This document shows, in pieces, positions 1 to 7,640 of a stretch of 64,000 nucleotides of DNA. The position numbers and the translations under genes are program-made. The number at the start of each line of letters is the position of its first letter. Positions within the stretch are counted from its first letter, which is position 1. Where the stretch lies: contig JAZLFA010000037.1 in NCBI GenBank assembly GCA_045615545.1, positions 5,427 to 69,426 of the forward strand. Reading direction: 5' to 3'. Under the pieces are notes generated by a model, which was not told where the DNA came from, did no database searches, and saw only the letters and a list, made by a program, of their open reading frames with translations. This DNA comes from Bacilli bacterium (lineage in GTDB: Bacteria > Bacillota_I > Bacilli_A > RFN20 > CAG-826).

Positions 1-729
1 ATCCAAGCAAACATAAACTTTGTTGTAGTTAAGTTCGGCAGTAAAATTTGTAATTTCAGTGAAAGTCTTAACTTCAACGTCTTTTTCTCCATTATTAATC
101 GCGTTTTCCACTCTTAATAATTCATTAAAAGCTTCTTTGTTTTTAGGGTTTGTAATCATCCTTAATCTATAACCATCTGTAAGGCTATCAAGTTGGAAAG
201 GCATAATATCATAGATAAGAATCATGGCACCTATTACAACAACAATTAATAAGAAGTAACCAATATTGCTTGCAACAACATTACCTTTTATTCCAACCAA
301 AATATTAAATAAAATTACAAACACCAATGCTTCGATAACATAAAAGATTGTTCCAAATAATAAGAATGGTGTTGGATTAGAAGCTTTCTTTTCGTTTTTT
401 GGAGCAATTTTGGTTTCGCCAGTTAATCCATCATATCCAGCGAACTTAACTTTTCTTTTTCCATCAACTTTATAGAAAGTCAAACCTAAAATGCACACTG
501 ATAAAACTTCATATCTACCAATTTTGGCACCAACGACATGTCCAAGTTCGAATAAAAATGCATTAAAGATTAACCCAACAATAATTGCACCTAATACATA
601 GAATACATATGATATGGTTTTAAGTCCTGAATCAACAGCATAGTTTTTCAACACCGTTAGTCCAAAGATGATTGCAACCGCAAATATAAGTAAGTAAACA
701 ATTAAACCCGCAATGTCTTCTTTTTTCAT
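1..729 (-). CDS. Polytopic membrane protein, partial (C-terminus lies beyond the window start). Several hydrophobic helices. Function unknown.
   Basis: Reverse-complement ATG at 727-729 (MKKEDIAGLIVYLLIFAVAII...). The frame stays open to position 1. Hydrophobic segments alternate with short loops. It is the last gene of the psuG - TetR minus-strand string. Confidence 0.45.
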   Translation of the reverse strand, partial: MKKEDIAGLIVYLLIFAVAIIFGLTVLKNYAVDSGLKTISYVFYVLGAIIVGLIFNAFLFELGHVVGAKIGRYEVLSVCILGLTFYKVDGKRKVKFAGYDGLTGETKIAPKNEKKASNPTPFLLFGTIFYVIEALVFVILFNILVGIKGNVVASNIGYFLLIVVVIGAMILIYDIMPFQLDSLTDGYRLRMITNPKNKEAFNELLRVENAINNGEKDVEVKTFTEITNFTAELNYNKVYVCLD

Positions 730-755
730 TTTATTTCCTTCTTTCTCGCAAATAA

Positions 756-1310
756 TCAGTGATTTGCGTTGTTTTTAATATAATTTGTTACTGCGTTCTT
801 TAGTTCTTTACTTCCAAGGAATGAGTAGCAATTTAACAAACCATTAAGCGTTTTATTTTTATAGTTTGATAGATAATAGAGAGTTGAATTTGAATATCCA
901 GATGCATAGAATCTTGTGATCATCTTCTTGGCATTTTGCGTTAGCTTCTTTTCTTCATCAAGCTCATTAACATATTTTAATGTCATTTGATAAAAAATAT
1001 TATAAATAAATTCTTGAAACAAATCTTTGCCGGCGCTTGATATTGTTGCATCAATAAATTTTTCATTATCTTGATAGTATTCAAATATCTTTTTTAAAAG
1101 TGACTTGTAGTCTTTACAATATTCGACTCCCTTAATCCTCTCATCAAGAAAAACTTGTGCGAGCAAATCATAAATATTGTGATAGTAATAATAAAATGTT
1201 TTTCTACTAATTCCACATCTTTCAGACAAAGTTAAAGCGGAGATGTTTTCTAAAGGCATTTCTCCCATCATCTTTTTAAGTTCAAACGCTAAAAGATGTT
1301 CTGTTTTCAT
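756..1310 (-). CDS. TetR/AcrR-family transcriptional regulator
   Basis: 184 aa. N-terminal HTH of TetR type (LTLSERCGISRKTFYYYYHNIYDLL). Overlaps the upstream psuG stop by 4 nt. Confidence 0.7.
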   Translation of the reverse strand: MKTEHLLAFELKKMMGEMPLENISALTLSERCGISRKTFYYYYHNIYDLLAQVFLDERIKGVEYCKDYKSLLKKIFEYYQDNEKFIDATISSAGKDLFQEFIYNIFYQMTLKYVNELDEEKKLTQNAKKMITRFYASGYSNSTLYYLSNYKNKTLNGLLNCYSFLGSKELKNAVTNYIKNNANH

Positions 1311-2212
1311 TTGAGCCTGCAGTACTCCTTTGCAATATTTGCTCCAACAACAGCGTTATTGATTACCAAGTGTATATTAGATTCTAGTGAATCTCCACCT
1401 GTTAATTCCACAATCTTTGCTAATAGGAACGGGGTAACATTTTTTCCTTTTATTCCTTGTTTATCTGCCTCTATTAATGCTTCGTCAATTGCCTTTCTGA
1501 TTACTTCTGCATCCATAGCAAATTCATCTGGAATAGGGTTTGTAATCAAAATGCCACCTTGAAGATTGTTTTCGCGTTTTTGTTTTATTACATTTGCAGC
1601 ATCAACATATGAAGTTAATTCATAATCAACATTTAAACCAGAATGGGGTGTATAAAATGCAGGAAGTTCTTTTGTTTTAAAGCCCAAAACAGGAACACCC
1701 ATAGTTTCTAAATATTCTAATGTTAACGGCAAATCTAAAATCGCTTTTGCTCCTGCACATATAACTGTAACATTTGTTTTTGATAATTCTTGCAAATCCG
1801 CAGAGATATCAAATGTTTCACTTGCACCTCTATGAACTCCGCCGATTCCACCAGTGACAAACACTTCGATTCCGGCTTGGTTAGCAATTATCATAGTTGT
1901 TGCAACAGTTGTTGCTGCCCATAATTTATGAGCGTAAATATATGGCAAATCTCTTCTAGAAGCCTTTAAAATCCCCTTCTTTTTACCAAATTCTTCAATT
2001 TGTTCAGGTGTCATTCCGACAATTGAATCACCATCAATAATGCCGATTGTTGCAGGAATAGCCCCTTGTTCTCTAATTGTTTTTTCGACCAACAAAGCGG
2101 TTTCAACATTTTTAGGATAAGGCATGCCATGAGAAATAATTGTGCTCTCTAATGCCACAACTGGTTTGTTGCTTCTTAATGCTTCTAATACTTCTTTATT
2201 TATTTGTATCAT
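1307..2212 (-). CDS. psuG: Pseudouridine-5'-phosphate glycosidase (PsuG / indigoidine synthase A-like)
   Basis: 301 aa. Matches the PsuG family along its whole length (VVALESTIISHGMPYP, GGIGGVHRGASETFDISADL, KNVTPFLL). Confidence 0.85.
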   Translation of the reverse strand: MIQINKEVLEALRSNKPVVALESTIISHGMPYPKNVETALLVEKTIREQGAIPATIGIIDGDSIVGMTPEQIEEFGKKKGILKASRRDLPYIYAHKLWAATTVATTMIIANQAGIEVFVTGGIGGVHRGASETFDISADLQELSKTNVTVICAGAKAILDLPLTLEYLETMGVPVLGFKTKELPAFYTPHSGLNVDYELTSYVDAANVIKQKRENNLQGGILITNPIPDEFAMDAEVIRKAIDEALIEADKQGIKGKNVTPFLLAKIVELTGGDSLESNIHLVINNAVVGANIAKEYCRLK

Positions 2213-4661
2213 TGGAAGTTTCTCCCTTCTTTTTTAATAGATAATTTACAAGGAATGTTAGGAACAGATATAAAGAAATAAAGATAACAGCTATTACTAA
2301 AACTTGAACATAGTTAAGAGGGGTTAGTGATTTAAAATCGATCTTAAAGAATGCCCCCAAACTAGAACCGTTATACGCTAAAACCGCTGACACAGAAAGA
2401 AGAATAACCATCAAACTGATTGCGGAGCCAAATACTATCCCTCTATATTTATCTAAAGGCAAACACACTTTAAACAATACCGCGCCTGCAATTACGGTAA
2501 AAGCAAGTACCGCCATTGATATAGCGGATTGTGATGTATTAATTCCAGTATACATTACATTATTGCTTTGCAATAAATACATGGTAAAGACCACGATTAC
2601 AGAAAGAATAATTGTAATCGCTGCAGGAACTGCTTTTTTAAATATATTAGTTAAGAATCTTCCTTCAATTAGTTCACTATTAGGTTGAAGCGCAAGGAAG
2701 AATGATGATAGTCCAATAAATACCAATTCCCAAATATACATATGGTTAGTTAAGAATGGATAAGTGAAATTAGAATTAGCAATCGATAGACAGAAGAATA
2801 GTATTGTAAAGAATGTAGCAAAGATTGTTTTAACAAGGAAAAGGGAACATGTTCTTTGTAAGTTATTAATCACCCTTCTACCTTCAGCAACAACTTGTGG
2901 CAAAGATGAGAAATTGGAGTTTGTCAAAACAATGTGTGAAACATTCTTGGCTGCTTCAGCGCCGTTTGCCATTGCGATTGAGCAATCGGCTTTTTTAAGA
3001 GCTAATATATCATTAACACCATCGCCAGTCATTGCAACGGTGTTTTTATTTGCTTGTAAGGTTTCCACAATTATTTGTTTTTGTTCTGGAGAAACTCTGC
3101 CAAAAACCGTGTATTTTAACGCTAATTCGCGCGTTACTTCTAAAGTTTTGCCTTCAAGAGAAACATATTTATCGGCATTATCTATGCCAACCCTTTTTGC
3201 AATCTCGCTAACTGTTACCGCACTGTCTCCAGAGATAACCCTAATAGAAACATTGTTATCTTTAAACCATTTAAATGTTTCAATAGCGTCATCTTTAATA
3301 TGGTCTTGAAGTACAATTATTCCAATAGCTTTTGATAAGCCATCAAATTTATTATTCTCAATAAATGCATCGGATTGTGCGACCACAATAACACGATATC
3401 CTTGCTTAGTATATTCTTCACAACGTTTAATAACTCCGCCTTTATCAACAAGATTAATAAATTCCGGAGCCCCTAATACATATGTTTGTTTGCCGTCATG
3501 GACTGCGGAGTATTTATTCTCGGTATTGAAGGGTAGAATAACAGATGCTTGGGTAAATGAAACGTTGTTTACAATAGTCCTTAGTGCTTTTGCGGTTGCG
3601 TTTTCATCCATTGTGTTTGAAATAATTAACCCCACTACTCTTTTAATCTCATCTAAAGATGTGTTGTTTAACGGAACTACATTGCTTACATTGAGCGTTC
3701 CGTCTGTAATTGTGCCAGTTTTATCAACACACAATACATTTGTTCTAGCAAGCATTTCTACAGAATAGAATTCTTGTACCTGCGCATGTTTTTTTGCTAA
3801 AGCAATAACAGAAACAGCCAATGATACAGATGTTAATAAATATAAACCCGCTGGAATCATTGAAACTAACGATCCCGATATAGGTCCAATAATATTTTGG
3901 AACGATTCAAAAGAAGAAAACTTGCCTTGGAAAGCGTATAAACCAATCATTGCCGCACCACAGACAATTACAATTGCACCAATTACTCTAAACATTCTCT
4001 TTAGAGAAAGTAAAATTTCAGATTTTGAACGTTTGTATTTATTTGCGGCTGCATTTAACGATTCAACATAAGAATCTTTTCCTACTTTATTAACTCTAAC
4101 AAAGGCTTTCCCTGAAACTACATAAGTTCCAGAATACACTGTATCGCCTGGTTCTTTATAAATTGTTAATGATTCACCAGTTAGCAAAGATTCGTTTACA
4201 CCTATAACACCTTCAACAACAATGGAATCGGCAGATATCTGGTCATTTTGTTTGAGTTTAACAATATCGTCTAACGCTAAATCTTTACTGAAAATAACAC
4301 TTTCAACGGAATCTCGAACAACAACAGAACGCGGAGAGTTCACTATGTGAACTTTATCCATTAATCTACGAACTTTTATATCTTCATATAAACCAATGAT
4401 GACATTTGGTATTAAAACCCCTAAAAAGAATAGCCCATCATATTTTTTTGCTACTATCATTAATGCAGCGATTGCATATAAAAGTATATTAAAGAACGAA
4501 AAGACGTTTGTGAGAATAATCTCAAAATAGCTTTTGCCAACAACTAATTTTGTTTTGTTAACTAATTGATCGTTAATTCTTTCTTCAACTTGCTTCTTTG
4601 AAAGCCCCTCGGTAACAAGGGTTTCATAACGAACAACTTTCTTTTCTTCTTGCATATACAT
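2196..4661 (-). CDS. P-type cation-translocating ATPase (P2-type, Ca2+/Mg2+-like)
   Basis: 821 aa. Phosphorylation motif CVDKTGTITDG and hinge motif TGDGVNDILALKKAD. N-terminal cation-ATPase N domain. About 10 TM segments. Confidence 0.85.
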   Translation of the reverse strand: MYMQEEKKVVRYETLVTEGLSKKQVEERINDQLVNKTKLVVGKSYFEIILTNVFSFFNILLYAIAALMIVAKKYDGLFFLGVLIPNVIIGLYEDIKVRRLMDKVHIVNSPRSVVVRDSVESVIFSKDLALDDIVKLKQNDQISADSIVVEGVIGVNESLLTGESLTIYKEPGDTVYSGTYVVSGKAFVRVNKVGKDSYVESLNAAANKYKRSKSEILLSLKRMFRVIGAIVIVCGAAMIGLYAFQGKFSSFESFQNIIGPISGSLVSMIPAGLYLLTSVSLAVSVIALAKKHAQVQEFYSVEMLARTNVLCVDKTGTITDGTLNVSNVVPLNNTSLDEIKRVVGLIISNTMDENATAKALRTIVNNVSFTQASVILPFNTENKYSAVHDGKQTYVLGAPEFINLVDKGGVIKRCEEYTKQGYRVIVVAQSDAFIENNKFDGLSKAIGIIVLQDHIKDDAIETFKWFKDNNVSIRVISGDSAVTVSEIAKRVGIDNADKYVSLEGKTLEVTRELALKYTVFGRVSPEQKQIIVETLQANKNTVAMTGDGVNDILALKKADCSIAMANGAEAAKNVSHIVLTNSNFSSLPQVVAEGRRVINNLQRTCSLFLVKTIFATFFTILFFCLSIANSNFTYPFLTNHMYIWELVFIGLSSFFLALQPNSELIEGRFLTNIFKKAVPAAITIILSVIVVFTMYLLQSNNVMYTGINTSQSAISMAVLAFTVIAGAVLFKVCLPLDKYRGIVFGSAISLMVILLSVSAVLAYNGSSLGAFFKIDFKSLTPLNYVQVLVIAVIFISLYLFLTFLVNYLLKKKGETSNDTNK

Positions 4662-4670
4662 ACATAATAG

Positions 4671-4695
4671 AAAAAAACTTGGAATTAACCAAGTT
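4671..4695 (-). terminator. Intrinsic terminator downstream of tadA, 9 nt upstream of the ATPase start codon
   Basis: Minus-strand RNA reads AACUUGG-UUAAU-CCAAGUU followed by UUUUUUU. Confidence 0.5.
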
Positions 4696-5151
4696 TTATT
4701 TAATTCTTTTTTCTTTGAAATAATTAGAAATTATATTTGAACACTTTTCTTCTAAAATTCCGCCCTCAACATTTGGATGATGGTTAATGTTTTTAGCCTC
4801 TAGTATATTAATTGAACTCCCAAACGCTCCGCCTTTATAATCTTTCGCCCCATAATAGACATTTGCGAATCGTGATTGAATAATCGCTCCTCCGCACATA
4901 ATACAAGGCTCTAACGTGATGTAAATATCACAATCCTCGAGCCTCCAAGAGTGTAACTTCTTGTTTGCTTTTGTTATTGCTTGCATTTCTGCGTGCCCAC
5001 TAACAAGATTAAGAGATTCTCTTTTATTATGGCCTTTAGCGATTATCTTATTGTTCCTAACAATAACGCAACCAACAGGAACTTCATCTTCTTTTTTTGC
5101 TTTTTCCGCCTCTTTCAAGGCTAAGGTCATAAATTTTTCTTTAGTGTCCAT
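4696..5151 (-). CDS. tadA: tRNA-specific adenosine(34) deaminase
   Basis: 151 aa. CDA fold zinc motifs HAEMQAI and PCIMCGGAI. Confidence 0.85.
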   Translation of the reverse strand: MDTKEKFMTLALKEAEKAKKEDEVPVGCVIVRNNKIIAKGHNKRESLNLVSGHAEMQAITKANKKLHSWRLEDCDIYITLEPCIMCGGAIIQSRFANVYYGAKDYKGGAFGSSINILEAKNINHHPNVEGGILEEKCSNIISNYFKEKRIK

Positions 5152-5159
5152 AAATTAAA

Positions 5160-5239
5160 CCGTCGCACATGAATAAGTTACTTAAGGCTGCTACATTCCT
5201 GTCCTGACCTGGTTCATAGATATGCATCGCGACGGCATG
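5160..5239 (-). ncRNA. ffs: Small signal-recognition-particle RNA (4.5S / scRNA, ffs)
   Basis: The minus-strand RNA 5'-CAUGCCGUCGCG...ACCAGGUCAGGACAGGAAUGUAGCAGCC...CAUGUGCGACGG-3' carries the conserved domain-IV motif (compare E. coli ACCAGGUCAGGUCCGGAAGGAAGCAGCC) with a GGAA tetraloop. It also forms a 7-bp terminal helix CCGUCGC/GCGACGG. A -10 TATAAT (minus strand, plus coordinates 5244-5249) lies about 7 nt upstream. The tadA - scr synteny matches B. subtilis. Confidence 0.65.
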
Positions 5240-5300
5240 ATGATTATAACATTTATATGATTATTTTGTTAAACAAAAATGCTATATAAGGGTATGTGCT

Positions 5301-5323
5301 AAAAGAAAAAGCCCAAAGGGCTT
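5301..5323 (-). terminator. Intrinsic terminator of serS
   Basis: Minus-strand RNA AAGCCC-UUU-GGGCUU followed by UUUUUCUUUU, immediately after the serS stop. Confidence 0.55.
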
Positions 5324-5327
5324 AATC

Positions 5328-6608
5328 TTATTTGATTGGTTTTAATACTTTAATGCCACCCATAAATGGTTGTAAAACTTCTGGCACAAGCACGCTTCCG
5401 TCGGCTTGTTGATATTGTTCCAATATTGCAGGAAATACACGTGAAGTTGCAAGGCCTGAGGCATTTAATGTATGAACATATTTGTTCTTTCCGGTTGTTT
5501 TATCTTTATAACGGATCATTCCGCGTCTAGCTTGATAATCTCTAGCGTTACTGGCGGAGCTAACCTCTTTATAAATATCGATGCTAGGAATATATACTTC
5601 GATATCATATGTCCTAGCCATTGAGTGAGATATATCTCCTGCCGCAAGTTTTGATACGCGGTGATGTAAACCTAATTTTTGCACTAATGATTCAGCTTTT
5701 TTTACTAATTCTTCAAACGCAGCATCGCTATCTTCAGGCTTAGTATATTGAACCATTTCAACTTTGTTGAATTGATAACCACGAATCATGCCTCTTTCTT
5801 CACTACGATAACTTCCAGCTTCTTTACGATAACATGGAGTGTATGCAAAATATTTCTTTGGTAATTCTTCTTCAGTTAGAATTTCATTTCTATGAAAATT
5901 CACTAATGCGGTTTCCGCTGTTGGAAGAATAAATCTTTTTGGTTCAAAATCTTCAAGCCAGAACACATCTTCTTTAAACTTAGGAAATTGGCCAGCTACA
6001 AAACCGGATTCTTCATTTAATAAATGCGGTGGTAGGATAAATTCATATCCGTCTTTTAAGTGTTCTGAAATAAAGAAATTAACTAGTGCCCATTCAAGTC
6101 TAGCGCCTAAATTTGTATAGACCCAACTTCCTCTTCCGGCAATTTTTGCGCCTCTTTCGTAATCGACGAGGCCTAAGCTAGTTGCAAGTTCGACATGATC
6201 TTTAATTTTAAAATCAAATACAGGCTTTTCTTTAAAATATCGAAGGGGTTTGTTATTTTCTTTTTCACCCGGTAACAAATCATCGTCAGGCATGTTTGGA
6301 AGAACGGCCAAAAAATCAAATATCTTTTTATCTAATTCTTCAACATTCTTTTCATTTTCTGCGTTTTTTGCAGCAATTTCTTTTACTTTTGCAAATATTT
6401 TAGATACATCTTCACCGGCTTTTTTAGCAGCAGGAACGCTGGCAGAAAGCTTATTCATTTCTGCTTTATTTCCTTCAACCAATTGAAGAAGTTCTCTTCT
6501 TTGTTTGTCCCAAGATAAAAGCTCAGTAAAATCAACATCCCATAATTTCTTTTTTAAGGATTCTTTTACTTTTTCTGGGTTTTTTCTAATAACATTAATA
6601 TCAATCAT
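5328..6608 (-). CDS. serS: Seryl-tRNA synthetase
   Basis: 426 aa. N-terminal coiled-coil arm plus class II core motifs. Unmistakable SerS. Confidence 0.9.
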   Translation of the reverse strand: MIDINVIRKNPEKVKESLKKKLWDVDFTELLSWDKQRRELLQLVEGNKAEMNKLSASVPAAKKAGEDVSKIFAKVKEIAAKNAENEKNVEELDKKIFDFLAVLPNMPDDDLLPGEKENNKPLRYFKEKPVFDFKIKDHVELATSLGLVDYERGAKIAGRGSWVYTNLGARLEWALVNFFISEHLKDGYEFILPPHLLNEESGFVAGQFPKFKEDVFWLEDFEPKRFILPTAETALVNFHRNEILTEEELPKKYFAYTPCYRKEAGSYRSEERGMIRGYQFNKVEMVQYTKPEDSDAAFEELVKKAESLVQKLGLHHRVSKLAAGDISHSMARTYDIEVYIPSIDIYKEVSSASNARDYQARRGMIRYKDKTTGKNKYVHTLNASGLATSRVFPAILEQYQQADGSVLVPEVLQPFMGGIKVLKPIK

Positions 6609-7639
6609 TTTTTGACGCCTCCCATGTTATTAATCAATTCTTGATAAATTTCTTTTAATTCTATGCCATATTTTAATAATGTGTGGGTAGATATTTCTTC
6701 ATATGCTTTTGCTGTTGTAGGTTTTATTCTTCCTTCAAGTGTATCTTTTGTTAAAGATGTCAATGTTTCGGAAAATTCTCCCACATGGCCAGTTACTCCG
6801 CTAGTGATGACGCCATCAAATAGGGCACATTTTCTAGCAATGATTTGACATTTAGCAGCCATAGCTTCATAAATACTTACTACGCCTGCTTTTTTATATC
6901 CAGGAATCATGAATACCGAAGCATTAAGTAAAGCGCTACGGTAGACATCATCCGGTAAATCGGTAACAAATTTTACATTACTTGGGGCGTTTTTAATAAA
7001 TCTCCTTAATCTTAATGAAAATTTTGTTGCCCTATCCATTCTTCCGACATAATAGAAGATGGCATTTGGGTTCTTTTTAGCGGAATTGATGAAACAGCTA
7101 CTGCCGTTCATTTTTGGTTCGAATTCTCCAACCGCTAAAACAAGCTTTTTGTTTCGATCCTCTCTAAAATAACGATAAAATATTTCTTTTTCATCATCTC
7201 TAGAGAAATCGAATCTTGATAAATTAAGACCTAATGAAGAGACTTTTATATTAGTAGTAATTCCTTTATTAATAAGGAGTTGTTTTGCCTCTTCACAAGG
7301 CACCAAAACCAAATCAGCTTCATTTAAAAACTTAATTGCTTTTGGCTTTAGAATTGTTAGTTTATTATTGTCAGTAACTATCTCTTCGAGATAGGATGCG
7401 TTTGGATCATCTTCAGTATATAAAGCTGATACAACTACTGGAATTTTATATTCTTTAGCATCCAATAATACTTTTTCATCCTCTAGAGATATCAAATGAA
7501 CAACATTAAAGGCATCAATTAAGTTTGATGTGTGTTCGACATCATTCAGTTCAAGGGCGCCTTTTATGGTTTTTCTTAAACGGTCGCCCTCAAATATATA
7601 TGATTTTTTACTTGGCTCGTAATAAACTAAAGCTTTCAT
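6605..7639 (-). CDS. Family-4 (GT-B) glycosyltransferase
   Basis: 344 aa. C-terminal GT4 signature region (FMIPGYKKAGVVSIYEAMAAKCQIIARK...GVTGHVGEF). The ATGA overlap with serS implies co-transcription. Confidence 0.6.
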   Translation of the reverse strand: MKALVYYEPSKKSYIFEGDRLRKTIKGALELNDVEHTSNLIDAFNVVHLISLEDEKVLLDAKEYKIPVVVSALYTEDDPNASYLEEIVTDNNKLTILKPKAIKFLNEADLVLVPCEEAKQLLINKGITTNIKVSSLGLNLSRFDFSRDDEKEIFYRYFREDRNKKLVLAVGEFEPKMNGSSCFINSAKKNPNAIFYYVGRMDRATKFSLRLRRFIKNAPSNVKFVTDLPDDVYRSALLNASVFMIPGYKKAGVVSIYEAMAAKCQIIARKCALFDGVITSGVTGHVGEFSETLTSLTKDTLEGRIKPTTAKAYEEISTHTLLKYGIELKEIYQELINNMGGVKK

Positions 7640-7640
7640 T

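Noticed and set aside
1-729. Membrane protein as a site-2 / M50 metalloprotease because of the sequence FELGH
   Set aside because: The motif is F-E-L-G-H, not H-E-x-x-H. Without the first His it does not fit the zincin signature. Left as a hypothetical membrane protein.
2764-3309. 181-aa plus-strand ORF, and many other 60-170-aa ORFs lying antisense inside large genes (for example 8656-9018, 9397-9735, 10728-11117, 19732-20232, 20302-20739, 26176-26685, 30963-31403, 48461-48865)
   Set aside because: They are fully embedded antisense to well-supported conserved CDS. Their translations are low-complexity (S/L/I/F-rich), as expected for shadow frames of AT-rich coding DNA. None has an SD or promoter-like context.
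6609-6700. Expected T-box riboswitch leader upstream of serS
   Set aside because: serS overlaps the upstream glycosyltransferase gene by 4 nt. There is no leader region, no specifier or T-box consensus (AATTAGGGTGGNACCGCG) anywhere nearby.
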